A stretch of DNA of 59,533 nt, filler included, from Catajapyx aquilonaris (GCA_000934665.2; 4 parts of 4 records of this genome joined end to end with filler, not necessarily neighbours in it); one strand, 5' to 3'; numbered from the whole stretch's first letter, positions 38,793 to 52,028 are shown. Numbers and translations: made by a program. Notes: a model not told the origin generated them from the sequence alone.

Positions 38793-39482
38793 CAGGGTGA
38801 TTACAAATGAATAGTATAATTACAAATGCATATAGCTACGTACCTATCAACCGTACATGCACGTGTTATACACCAAATGAAAGAGGAGGTTTTAAAGTTT
38901 TTTTCATGCCTTATAAATGTTCTATATGATTTCCCTTGGTCATTCGAGAAACGTCGATCCGATAGTGCAATTCCTCCCATACTCGTGCCAGCATGTCCGT
39001 TGTCACTGACTCAACCGCAGTAACAATGCACTGCTTGATGCACTGGCATTCAGATGTTCGCCAGTTTCTGAACAATGTGCTCCTTCGTCGTTGGATAGGT
39101 CGCAGTGACCAGCAAGACTTGTCGCTTTACTGCTGGCCCCCAAGGTCGCCCGATTTGACGCCATGCGACTTCTTCCTTTGGGGGTACGTTAAGGATGCTG
39201 TGTACGAGCCACCGATGCCAACAACCCTGGATGAACTCAAACATCGCATTGTTGCTGCGGTTGAGTCAGTGACAACGGACATGCTGGCACTAGTATGGGA
39301 GGAATTGCACTATCGGATCGACGTTTCTCGAGTGACCAAGGGAAGTCATATAGAACATTTATAAGGTATGAAGTAAACTTCAAAACCTCCTCTTTCATTT
39401 GGTGTATAACACGTTCATGTGCGGTTGATAGGTACGGAGCTATATGCATTTGTAATTATACTATTCATTTGTAATCACCTTG
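38793..39482 (+). mobile_element. Rearranged Tc1/mariner (DD41D/rosa-like) element with two 3' ends and ~235-bp inverted arms
   Basis: TA-CAGGGTGATTACAAATG...CATTTGTAATCACCTTG-TA. The internal ORF carries WIGR...WPPRSPDLTPCDFFLWGYVKD...GSHIEHL. Confidence 0.9.
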
Positions 39483-39535
39483 TACATAAACGGACGCATC
39501 AATAATGCAAGAGAAGCAGAACGGAAAGACTAACC

Positions 39536-39747
39536 CTTACTGGCGTGCGGGACGCGGCAGGGGGAGTGGTGGCTGGGGGCAGCTAGGCTATGTCGCAAAG
39601 GCAGATTGATTTTTTGGATCTTGGAAGGAGTATCGTGTACCAACCTAACCTAACCAACCCTAACCTTCCTTCCTTGCGGATAGAGACCTATCTTAGCGAC
39701 ACAGCCCGCTGGCCCCACCGACTACTACCCTCCCGCACGCCAGTAAG
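39536..39747. mobile_element. MITE with internal (AACCT)n
   Basis: TIR CTTACTGGCGTGCGGGA / TCCCGCACGCCAGTAAG. Confidence 0.6.
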
Positions 39748-42700
39748 AGCAAGTACAGCCCATTTTTCACCTCATCTCGGTCATAACAATACAATTTCTT
39801 GGGTCCATCGGTGGAAATATGCGCTGCTTTTGATTACTCACGGTCAGCTTTCTTTCTCACGAGAGGAAAGCACTGCATACTGGAGCGGGGGATGATTTTC
39901 CCATCTGTCACGGATCTAAGAGTCCTACTCGCAAAGTTTTGCACCTCAGGGTTGAGGCACACGTGTGTGCTCTGTTCAATGTTTCCGGGAGTCTTAATCG
40001 TTTGTGGTGGGTCACAGAGCTGACCTTTGTTCCCAGGCTTGGGCACTGTAGATCTGAGCCTATTCCTGAGCCAGGCAGTTCCGACGAAGGCGGTCAAGAT
40101 GTGCAGCAGGTTTAAGAGGCGCTCATTTACATTTGAAGAAAATGTCAAAATCCTTTTTCTTGTACGTACGGTATAGGGATATATTAGGCAGCAAGGAGAC
40201 GGCAGCAAAAAAATTACTGGTCCTCCTCCCCCCCCCNCACTCCTTCGTAAATTACGGATGAACTAATTATACTGTATACATTTTTTGTGGATAGTTTCGT
40301 TCATCAGTATGCAATAGTGTGCATTATAGGCATATTGAGAGCAGAAAACCATGTGTATTCGTTGCGAAAGTGGCAAATTGGCTATAACAGACCTCGGTTA
40401 TATCATACTTTTTCCGCTCTCTCTTGAAATGTTATACCAGGATTGAACTGCATTACGTAAGGTGCAATATTATCATGCGAATAAAGGTCCCAAAAAATGT
40501 CAGTGTGTCTCGAAACCGCAGGAAAAACCAAATCCTGACAGCCTGGCATCTTATTTATGACACGGGGTGTCATTAATAAGATTGGATCCGATCATCTTAA
40601 CCGACTGAAAAGGCTATTCATCGAATGTTCCTTTTAGATCCTTTCCATAATCATAAAACTATTACAATACGATTGTAAATGTAAGAATTCGAATGCAAAT
40701 AAACACGATTTCTAAGGGTGTCATCAATAATAATTGGCAAGTAACAGATTTCAGTACCCAATTTCTGACACCCACACTAACTCTTTAAATGCATCGGTAC
40801 GATTAGAACAAACATTCAAAAGAGGAAAAGGACATCTTCAATTTACTAATTGGACCCTTCCAACTGTTTCCACATATTGAAATAAACGTGTAAAAAATTT
40901 CGAAACGGAATTGTCACTTTTCAACCCATATTACACTGTGGCTGTGCAGCACTTGACAGTCTAATTTATTTCTTGAGAACCAACTCACCACTGACCTCCA
41001 CCTCACTGCAGGTTGTTAAATAAAGATAGGAAGTGCTTCCAAAGTGGTTAATTACTATGCTACATGTTTTGAATTCTTGTTATTTAACTTCTTCCAGCAG
41101 AGGCGGTCATAAATTGGGCGAGAAAAACGGGGGGGNGGGGGGGGGTGGGGGGGCGCACAAATTGGTGGATTTACCTTACTGTATGCAAATAATCTGGTAT
41201 TGTTCTAGGACCACGAGACCAATCATCTGTTATCCGCTTCAGCATGGTGTTCGTGAGTGGTGAAAGTGTGCAATAAACCCTGGTTTTCATTTAAAATCAC
41301 TTCGCCCAAGGCCCTGCGAGTATCGTTGATTGAGCGCACTAGATTCAGGTTGGTAACTCAGACGAGTTAGCGCACTGTAAACGAGCATATACCAACTCCG
41401 TGCATGTGCATGATTTAGGTCTAGGAGTTAATTTCCATCGGAGAGTGACCAGATTCCATGAGGTAAAATATGACCGTCCAATAACGTGGCACTTACCTCT
41501 GGCAGATAATGCGATTGTGCAATAAACAGCAGAAGAGTATTATGCTTCGAAAGTTGACGTGCTAAGAGCTGTACCGTACAGTACATCGGCAATGATTTCT
41601 TCGTTCTCATGGGAAAGCATATCCATAAAAATTCCCTGGCGACTACAGATTTTTCGGTCAGTAACCAGAGGCCATAACGGCAATCTAACTCGACAAAACT
41701 ACAATGACTTTCAGCCACGTGATGACAAACCAATGACGTTACAACCCCAGTTAGAGTATCGTTACAGTGTAATACCTCATGTATTATTCACATAGATACC
41801 ACGCACACAAAAAACTATTCTCGTGCTGATATATTAATGCGCAATTATAAGAAATTCATTATAACAGAGCAGAAGATATCCGCCGATGAGGATTTGCATA
41901 AAAAATAAATCGTATAGGCGGGGAATTCTTATGACGTGGATATGTGGTCATAGTTAAATTTCATACCGCCTTCTGCAAACTTCCTGATAACTTGTTTGTT
42001 GGCTCATGCAACTAGACTTGCACCAGATTTCTTTTTCTCTTTTAGCCTTTTCTGCAGCCACGCGACCTTTGAGAATATTGCGAAACCCTACAGGCTTTCC
42101 AATCACAAAAGCAAGTAAAGTAATAATCCCAAGCAGGTTTGTTTGTACATTATTGCTCCTCTTCGAGATGGATCCATTTCGTCGCTTAAGTTTGAAATGT
42201 TCTTAACAATATTATTTGCTCCACTAGCACCTACACTTATGTTAACATTTCGTGCAGCAGTGTAAGTGCTTTCTTATGGTATTGAATGGGGGAAGGTGCA
42301 GATCTGAAGGTGCTGTAGAATTAAATAATATGCGGGATTTTCTTTTGCATAATGAGAATATGGTCGAGGCCTCTAGGGGCAATAAACGGATAAGTCACCA
42401 ACCTATAGCAGAACATAAAAAGCGCGAATGAGCCCTGCTTAATTATGTTGGGGGCATGAGTCTTCCCAATCTGCCAATTAATACATGCCTATGCTGTATT
42501 GTGAATTACACTGTCAATAGTGTAGAAGTGACACCTACGAAGGGCATGGCATCCACAAAAAATATTCATCATGATTGACCTGGTTGTTAAATCCCTGGGT
42601 TTTATGCGTCCTCAATAAAGAACCGGTTATGTAAGGTCGGTACCTATACATCTCATGTAATGGTTAGACAAGATATTAATTTCTTGACTAAACACATACG

Positions 42701-45164
42701 ATACATCGCATCGTGTATCAGTCATCACTCCTGTCATAGAGAAATGGCGGAACTATAGCGCGTCTAATTATTATCGACGAAGAAGAAGGCCCCGGCCGCA
42801 ACATTCAGGTAACCTGATTTTCTTACGTCCTTCAGAAAACATGCTCCATACTGGCCGCAGCTGAGAGAAAATCGACCAGCAAAGCTACAGAATAAGCAAA
42901 TAGATTTCAATTAATAATCCCTTGCGCATAATGTGATCCTTCGGTTTCCTTCAGCGGAAGGCATATATAGTAATGCGAATATTTGTCTCTGGAAAACGCG
43001 GATAGAATTCCTTGGGCGCTGAAGCTGAGCTGAATTTTCGCTTTCTCCGCTGATCCTTCTTCGGGAGGGACAACTGCTTTTCAAATGATTTTCCTGGCCC
43101 CATCTGCCTCTCATTAGGAAAATAGATAAATGCTGTCGCCAAAGTTGACTTGACATCCCAGCAAGGGTCAAGCTAGGGATGACGCATTGTTTTCAGAACC
43201 CATAATGACTGAATATCTGATTTCTTCTTGCAGGTACGCAGTTCCTGATCACAAGTTGGGTATGAGTGCTCATGTTTTTCCCATCGCGCTAAGTTCTTCA
43301 TACATATTTATCATTTCCTATAGTATCAGCTTTATTACCCACGAGGTTGAAGTAGCAATTCAGTCAGATGAATTTAAATAGTTGCTTCTTGTGAGAAACC
43401 TATATGTGGTGCTTTCACATGGTATTCGAACCGTGCGTTATATCTTGAGCCTGTCGATTCCTGGAGCGTCCCCAGGGATGAGAGATTCCTCGGAAGGTGA
43501 AGGTAACATTCCATAACGACTTCAAACGAACAGGGGAGTGCAGCTGCTATTATACAGTATGTCCACAGTTTCTTACCAATCAGCCTGTACGAGGAACTTC
43601 CTGACATCATTTTTCTTTATTGCGTAAGCAAGAGTGTGCGTCTGCTTCATGAATGCCGCGCATAAACCGTTTATAGAGCTAAAACGAGCACTCTAAAGCA
43701 CAAAACTATTACTTTACAGTTTCCTCACGCATACAACCATAGGCAAACTAAACTCCTCTATTGGAGAACAACTTTGCTATTTTACATTACCAAGCAAGAT
43801 CTCTCCCCGTAAAGAAACAATACAGTATTAATGTTAGGCGATATGCATTCCAATGGAATAGGAAGTATTGCATGGGCCGAGCTCCCCTGCAGTAATACCC
43901 ATCATGATGACTGTACTATTAAACATGTGGCTCCCAAATCCCCCCCCCCTTTCGTACTTTGGCTCTATCATCATAATAATTATATTCCTTCCTAAGGTGG
44001 GGAAAATCAATTCTGAAGACTATAAGGATTTTATCTGGATAATCAAGACCTGAATCTTAAATTATAGGGCTTTCCAAAAGTGCCCAATTTTTGAATGGGC
44101 AGTAGTGATTACCTGCAACAACCTTTTTTCTGCAGGTGTCACATGATGTCACTTGTTGTATGCAGACTCTACCAAACTTCATGCAAAGCAGGCTGCAGGC
44201 TGGTGGAGTATCACCTGATTCCACAGCTTTTTACAATGCCTAAGGGCCACTCCAGTGAGAAATTGGTTCCAAGTGTGGAATGTTTGTTGATGGCTCACTG
44301 CTTAGCATCCGAAGTGACCCCAATTGCCACCCTTAGACATTTACCTCTGGGGTAGTGATAAACAGAGTTTATGTCCCAGTCACTGTCATATAAGTAAGGT
44401 CTGGTCACTCCCACCCACCCCCTGCCGAGGCATTTTGCAGTGGGTGCTCACCTGAGACCGCCAGGAGACATTTCGGAGGCCACGACAAGTGGCGACCCTA
44501 CCGGATTAGGCTGAACTTTATAGGTATGAAAGGGGAGGGCTACATTGGGGGGCCCAACATGGCCGCCAGCGGTCATGTTGGGCNNNNNNNNNNNNNNNNN
44601 NNNNNNNNNNNNNNNNNNNNNNNNNNNTTAATTAATTAANNNNNNNNNNNNNNNNNNNNNNNNNNNNNNNNNNNNNNNNNNNNAAGGGTTCAATTGGATG
44701 TGGGTTTCACATATATTTTTTTAAAAAAAATCGAAGACCATGACTGGGCACCCTCCGTCTGGATTGAAATGGAACCAGCCCACTGTATTACAATGAAATT
44801 TTAAGATGAGGACATGATGGCATCTCTTTATCAGCTTCTTAAAGAGCCAACAATATTCAGGAGATCCTTACTTTGTCTGGGGATTTTGCACTTCTGACAA
44901 AAACTTCTGCAGTCCCATGGTCTTGGCACCTTTCTCCTGGTTGCTCCCCAGACTGCCGACTACTGCAGAATACCTATACAACAATAGGAACAGTGTCAAT
45001 AACGAAATAACAACGAAGTGAATACAACTGGCTACAATAAAAGTTCAGAGACCGAAATTCTGGGAAGGCTGGCTCACACTTCACTACAATACCATCACGA
45101 AGGAACAATAATCTGAGAATAGACAGACAACCTGCAGGCAGAAGGTGACTCATATTCCAAGAAA

Positions 45165-45258
45165 ACGTACTTGTGGCACCTATTACCTTCAAACCTGAAC
45201 TAACTCTCCTGTCTATCTCCCCATCTATCCTATAACTTCGCTCAAGGGCACTACCCAC
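45165..45258 (-). mobile_element. RTE-clade RT fragment
   Basis: GSALE...RIDGEIDRRVSSGLK, near-identical to the end of 59313-59533. Confidence 0.65.
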
Positions 45259-45325
45259 AAAGGTGATTCAATATACATGGAGCGGAAAATTAATGTGCCT
45301 TCACTTTGGGGGATAGTAGAAGGGT

Positions 45326-45326
<1 letters not shown>

Positions 45327-45382
<56 letters not shown>

Positions 45383-45612
45383 TTGTACCCCATGCTACAG
45401 CCATGGGCCCTCTTAGGGGGGTGGGATACCACCATATTTTTTTAAATATCTGGAACTCTTGCTTTTGTTTTTACTTCTCGTATATGGGGATGGGATAGGG
45501 ACGGAAGGAAGCGGCTGTGGCCTATCATTACGGACACGACCCCGGAATTTTCCTGGTGAGACCATGGGAAACCACAGAAAACCACGGTCAGGGTCGGCGG
45601 CCACCGGGATTA
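45327..45612 (-). mobile_element. 5'-truncated SINE with (TTA)n tail
   Basis: Homologous to 19270-19530. Confidence 0.65.
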
Positions 45613-46076
45613 GTAGAAGGGTTATACACGAGCAGTTTTTAAGCACGGGAAGTCCCCGGTCTACGAACGGGGTTATGTTCCTGAATATGCCCATAACTCG
45701 AATTTGTACGTAACTTGAATCTCTGAGGAACAGCGCATATATGCAGCATAACGATGCTGCTTCAACGAACCGCTAATGTCGTGTGTGCTTGTTTACATGC
45801 ACGGAAGAATGTAGTTTCCCTATTATTTATTACTTGAACATATTTATGTTGAACTTGGTGTTGGTTAACATATGCAAAAATGATTGAAAGTGGAGGAATA
45901 ATGAAAAATTATCCTTCTAGGCATCTAGGGAGTCTTGGGAGCCCGTTTGTAAGTACGGATCGCCCTAAGTAGGGTATTTTCGTAAACCGGGGACCTCCTG
46001 TATAGGTATCATGTGTCTCCAAATATAGTTACCAGAAAATTAGCATTAAATAAAAAGTGCATCATAACAGCTTATA

Positions 46077-46654
46077 CAGGGTGTTTCAGAGTCACGGGTC
46101 AAGCGCGCGCGACGGGGCGGGGAAAAATCGTAGGTGGCGACAAATCGTAGGTGGCGACAACCCCGGTCGGTTTTATAAAACAATTAGAAATATGGCAGTA
46201 ATCAATATTTTATTACGGCCATATGGCGTGACGTCACATCCTTTCTGTTCGAATTGACTGACGCGGACTGGCTAGTGCAGCATGGGCTGAACCTGGTTGA
46301 ACGGATTTTTAGCCTTGCGGGTTGCACTGAAAAAGGCGCTCTCCTGCTATACCGGCAGGTACTGTACAAAGTAGTGTGCTACTGTACAGTAGTGTGTACA
46401 GTACCCTGCCGGTATAGCATGAGAGCGCCTATTTCAGTGCAACCCGCAAGGCTAAAAAGCCGTTCAACCAGGTTCAACCCACTAGTGCACCTGCCAGTCC
46501 GCGCCAGTCAATTAGAACAGAAAGTATACGGCCGTAATAAATAAATTGATTACTGCCGTATTTCTAATTGTTTTATAAAACCGTCCGGGGTTGTCACCAC
46601 CTACGATTTTTCCCACCCCCTCGCGCGCTTGACCTGTGACTCTGAAACACCCTG
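46077..46654. mobile_element. Tc1/mariner-type foldback MITE, near-complete ~580-bp palindrome
   Basis: TA-CAGGGTGTTTCAGAGTCAC...GTGACTCTGAAACACCCTG-TA, with arms pairing almost to the centre. A partial copy lies at 53037-53146. Confidence 0.9.
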
Positions 46655-46815
46655 TATATTTCAGATAGAGTAGTCTACTACACTTCCATCACCTTCGCCA
46701 CTGTCTGCTACGCCTAATGGGATAGTATTTTTAATTTAAATTGCATGGAAACACCTTCAATTGAAATGGAAAAGGTAAGGTTGCATCCATGGAGGGACAC
46801 ATACCTGCCAGGATA

Positions 46816-46972
46816 CAGCAAAACCTCGATATAATGCTCTGCAAGGGACCGCCCAAAAGTAGCATTAAAAGCAGGAAGATGTACCTTATGGAAATGATCA
46901 GGGTACCGAAAAAAAGGGGCAACAAAAGCGGGAAAGCGTTATATGTGGGAGCATTATACCAAGGTTTTACTG
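46816..46972. mobile_element. pogo/Tigger-type MITE
   Basis: TA-CAGCAAAACCTCGATATAATGC...GCATTATACCAAGGTTTTACTG-TA. Confidence 0.7.
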
Positions 46973-47189
46973 TATTTTATACCTCGCGTTTGACACCCAT
47001 TATCTCGATAACTATGCTTAGGAGACCCATGATCCCTATTTAAAATGATCACCTGGAAACCATCTACCATCCCCCAAGGCAAAGGCATGTTAAATATAAG
47101 CTCATTGCATAAGTTTCCCAGGTTGGCCATATTGTGGCAACTTTATTTCTACACATGAAATTTGCATTCCAGCTAGCCACACTGTTTCT

Positions 47190-47432
47190 TCATTTCTCGA
47201 CATAATCACTTTCAATGTTAAAGCATTTGTACCAAAGCTTCACCAAAGTTTCGAAACTCCCTGCAGAGAAAATAAGGCTCTGCGGCCTGAGGAGATGGCA
47301 CACTGCTTTGTGACCCTGGACATTGCTATAATTGTGACCCTCCAATAGCACCTTCTTCAATCTTGGAAACAGGTGTCACTAAGGGGCCATATCAGGCCTG
47401 TATGGAGGATGGGCAAGCTGCTCCCAACCAAA
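47190..47432 (-). mobile_element. mariner (DD34D) transposase C-terminal remnant
   Basis: GWEQLAHPPYRPDMAP...HLFPRLK...LVKLWYKCFNIESDYVE matches HPPYSPDLAP...W.KC...GDYVE. Confidence 0.75.
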
Positions 47433-48349
47433 TTCTGCAATGGCTTATGTCAGTACGGCAGAGTGGTGCAGCAATAAGGAACAGCAATGGTCATTTCACC
47501 ACTGTCCAGAAAATCAAGCAGATGAACATGAGCCCACTTTTAGTGGCAAGCTTTTGTTGATGAAGCAGATGCGCATGCAGTCACACCAGAACTTCAATGC
47601 ACAATATGTGACCCAGAGATGTGTAGCTAATTTTTTCACGTTGCTTTTTGATTTTTTGTAGCATTATCCTCTGTTTAAATTAAATTTTTCGTCCCTATTT
47701 GAGGTCTTTTCGTGCCTTTTTAAGGGTTTATTCGTACCTATTTCAAAATATTTCCATGCCTAAAAATCTGGGCTTTAGTCATGAGTCAACATGTGTAAGG
47801 ATCGAGTCAGTCATGCGTGAAGTTTGAATATGATGGATCATAGCCTGTACATTAGGCAAGAAGGCGTCCCTTATGGAAGCCTGGAGGTTTTTGCTGCCCT
47901 CCTTTGTCCCATGCATGCGATGGTTTTGGTCTGGTGGTGCCAACAACTCAGCAATGAGATGGCCCTCCTGCCTTGCCCATCCTTTGTTGGTGGACGGCAC
48001 TTGGGACACCGCTGAAGTCAACATCCCAGCATAGCCTATCCTGTTGGCAATCTGTTGTATCCCCCCCTCCCCCCCTTATTATCTGCGAGTACCTGACCAG
48101 GCATCAGATTTTTTTTTTTTTTTTGTATAATATTTGGTCATACGAGGATATTGAGGACCTCCTCAATATCCGCTGGCAACCCCATATCTGTTTGGGAAAC
48201 GCCGTGAAGATGATGATGATGATGATGATGATGCAGAGTTGGGTAGTAACTGAGTAGAAATACCGCGTTACTAGTAACTAGTTCCTTTTTGAGTACTTTT
48301 CCTGGTAACTTCGTTACTTTTGTGCACAAGTAACTTGTACTTGTAACTA

Positions 48350-49040
48350 CAGGGTGTTCCAGAGTTGATGACTCACTCTTTGAAACGCAATTACTTTCGA
48401 ACGGAACAACATATTTATTTAAAGTACGTACCAAAACATCAAGGGAGGGTGCGAAAATCTTCCATGTAGGTGGCAGTACTAAGCAATGCTCAGGTCTTGC
48501 AACAAAAATGGCCGAAGCAAGTCTGTCGTTACAGAAACTTGTCCAGTGTGTTCGACTGTATTCTGTGACAAAAAATGTTACAGAAGTGTGCTGTCAAATG
48601 GCAAACCTTTTTGGTGGACCAGCTCCTACCCGAAAAACTGTTGCGAGGATAAACCAACGGTTCGATGCAACTGGAAGTGTCTTGGATCAAAAGAAACCCA
48701 GCAAAGGGAGAACAGTTGTGAATGCAGAAAACAAACAGCGCATCCAAGATGCACTGGAAAGTTCTCCAGCAAAATCAAAATCAGTCCGACGCCTGTGGGG
48801 TTATCTGAAGGAAAAGGTTTACCACCATCGAATGGGCTCCCTGGAGCATCTGCGTGACATAATAACACAGGAGTTCAACGTGATCCCTGTTGACTACTGT
48901 CGGAAGGTGTGCGATTGCAGGCCTGCATCGACGTGGAAGGGGGGGGTTGGTTGACCATACCATGGAGAACAGGTCTTAAGTTAGTATTTCCTTGATGTTT
49001 TGGTACGTACTTTAAATAAATATGCTATTCCGTTTGAAAT
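48350..49040 (+). mobile_element. Internally deleted Tc1/mariner element; 148-aa ORF at 48508-48954
   Basis: Left end TA-CAGGGTGTTCC; partial right TIR at 48990-49040. The ORF has an HTH-type N-terminus (PTRKTVARINQRFDATGSV) fused in frame to LWGYLKEKVY. Confidence 0.8.
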
Positions 49041-49129
49041 GCGTAGCATTGTCCCATTCCCCACTTGCCCCCCCTTTTACTGAATTCTAATGGATTCCAC
49101 ACGCACATTCATTGCACATGCATTACACA

Positions 49130-49268
49130 AGAGGTTGCTGCCGGAAGCTCGCGGCCAGTTCCCAAACTACTGCAATAAATCTGGGTGCGTCTTATATAAG
49201 TCAACAACCGATTTTCCACGATTTTTCGCCTCAAAACTGGGGTGCGTCTTATATGCGTGTAAATACGG
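49130..49268. mobile_element. pogo/Tc2-type terminal fragment
   Basis: Duplicated GGGTGCGTCTTATA, ending TAAATACGG-TA. Confidence 0.55.
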
Positions 49269-51563
49269 TATACTGTTTAAAGGTACCGTATTTACGCGAA
49301 AATTCCACGAAAGAGCGGACATGGGGTGCGGTTCTTACATCTTGACGCAGTTGGAATCTGAGTGACTAAAACCGATAAAATGTGGACCATGGTTTCCTTA
49401 GACATGTTAGTTTGTGACAGTATCATACCCAACAACACAGTATTATTCCCAGAGTATCTAAGCGTGCGCTCTGTGATATCCGTTCGGCTAATGCGCATTG
49501 CCAGCTGGTTATTCGCTGTAGTGATATGTGAAAGGAAGAGAGACAGACGCTTCCATATAATTCAAGGGCACAAAATGCAACATCAACCTGTGCAATTACT
49601 TTGCTGTATTCATGAATGTGTGACCTTCCACAGCCACACCAAAAGGTATCCAAAGGGCAAAAACTGACCTAGTTCCTATTTCAGTGCAGCAGAGCCATTA
49701 TAAGATTATGAATTCACAGACATTCCAATCTCCAAAAATTTATGCTACTCCCAGTAAATCGCTGTAGGTTGTACGTAACGATGCCGGGTGGTACGTAACG
49801 GGTGGATGTCTCAAATGTTTTCACGTTCAAAATGAGAATTCTCCCAATCTAATGGCATGATGAGGTTCCTCGCACCCTACTGCCCCACATGCACTTGAGC
49901 TTCGAAACCTGTGCTGTCGAATTTCGCAGAGTTTCCCCCTAGTTGCATGTACCCCAGAAACTGGTGTCCAATGACGGATTGTACGTAACGAGATTTCAGA
50001 CAACCGCACATGCGTGGATGGCCATCGAATGAAATTTCCATGATGTCCCTCACCTTCCCATTTCTGCGCTGCATCTGATTTTCATAACAGTTAAATCTAT
50101 TACGGCAAGTACCTAGCCGCAGTGGACTCCTAAACACCTCAATACAGCTTCCGATTGTCTGTACGTAACGCGTGGAATTGCCCCAAAGTTACTTTTCCGT
50201 GCAGGTTTTGAAAACCACCTATTTTAACACGCGGATGATTCATTTATTTGGCGGCAGTGGGACGGTTCCCTTCCCACCGATGGCTACTCCGCATTATGTT
50301 TGACTCAAATTCGGTGATTTAAGATGGGAATATAGAAAATCCGGACTTCTTCGAGTTCCAACTCTGCCAAAAAGAGACCCTCCCTACACAAACGAAGGGT
50401 CGGGTTTGCGATTGACCATTCCCTCTAGGCACAATAAAAACCGTGAAAATTAGTGTTCCCCCAACTCCTAGTAGTTCTCAAATCAGTCAAATTTTGACAA
50501 AATTATTATTTGCCGAAAGGTTATAGCTAAATATAAAAATCGGCTTCGCGTGTCCGGAGCAACTAATTTTTCCACATTTTTGGGTGCTTGTTACGACATG
50601 ACTTAAAATTTTACGACAGCGTAAATTACTCCTGAATGAAAATGACTTTAAAATACTACATTAAGAATATGGGAAAAGTACAGCACACATGTGTAAGAGA
50701 GAGGTCAGTTACACTTACACACACAAAAATCGGTTCTGCTGTTGTTAGTTAGAGAGAACTTTACTCCCAAATTATCTTTATCCCCCCCTTTAAAAATGTT
50801 CATCCAATACAATACTACACTGCCCTCCAGTGATTCAGTGGAGAGACTTTTCAGTGTGTGTGGGTGGGGGGGGGGGGGNNNNNNNNNNNTTTACACCGAT
50901 AAGGGGAAAGCTTACTGATGAAAACTTTGAAAAGCAGCTATTATTAAAAGTAAATCGAGGTTGATGATTTTTTTGACCACGGTGACATTCTGTATTCGTA
51001 TTATAGGGAGATATGGGGAATCCCCCATCCATCTACAGCAGCGGTGACAGACCACGGAAAAGTAACTTCATGAGTAAGTGTAACTGTAACTAGTTACTTT
51101 TTGGTCAAAGGAACTTGTAACCGTAACTAGTTACTTTTTGGTCAAAGGAACTTGTAACCGTAACTAATTACTTTTTTGGATTGAATAACTGTAACTGTAA
51201 CCAGTTACATTTCAAAAGTAACTTACCCAACTCTGTGATGATGATGATGAATCATCATAAATCTGAGGCACAGGGTAATATATTTGGCCATTTCCCTGCA
51301 CATTTTAAATCCGAAATAAGTGTTGCAATGGAGTTTTATGTGAAACTGAGAGCTCATTGGATATAGTCTGCAGTTTCCAAGACAATTTCACAGATGCAGG
51401 GTGAATGAATGCAAAAGGCACAGTATACTGCAATTTTTTGAAAAAAAATAATTATCTCAGTAACAAGACCAAGGTGACAAACTTATATTTATGCATAACA
51501 TGAGCCTATGCTGTCCAAGAACTAATGCTAAAAGTTGTTTTGAATCACAATATTACACCTACA

Positions 51564-52028
51564 CAGGGTGTCCCTTACTAGTCGCCCTTCCGTCCGGCAG
51601 TGCACTCACTGGCCCAAAACAAGTCGTAAACATAGGGAGGAGAAAAAATTTCGAGGCAGTAACCGGTAGAGAGATAAACGCTGATCAAGATGAGGTCGCA
51701 CTTAAGACAATTGCGGCCACCCACCCACCGGCTTTTGTGCGGGAGGAGCGGCAATCGGTTCAGCAAAGTCGTCTCGTTCTCAATGTCGGGCTCATATCCT
51801 GCCCCCTAGGTAACCCCTACGCGTGAGGGAGTCGAACTGATTGCCGCTCCTCCCGCACAAAATCCGGTGGGTGGGTGGCCGCAATTGTCTTAGGGGCGAC
51901 CTCATCTTGATCATCATTTATCTCGTTACCGGTTACTGCCTCGACATGTCTCCACCCTACATTTACAACTTGTTTTGGGCCAATGAGTGCACTGCTGGAC
52001 GGAAGGGCAACTAGTAAGGGACACCCTG
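51564..52028. mobile_element. Tc1/mariner-type foldback MITE
   Basis: CAGGGTGTCCCTTACTAGT...ACTAGTAAGGGACACCCTG-TA; ~195-bp arms. Confidence 0.85.

Larger units (their letters stand above)
48234..51235. mobile_element. hAT-type non-autonomous element expanded to ~3 kb by nested insertions
   Basis: TIR CAGAGTTGGGTA / TACCCAACTCTG; 8-bp flank TGATGATG on both sides (inside a GAT microsatellite); GTAAC/GTTAC subterminal repeats at both ends. Confidence 0.75.

Noticed and set aside
42900..43620. Decayed minus-strand ORF
   Set aside because: Short broken frames with no motif I can recognise.
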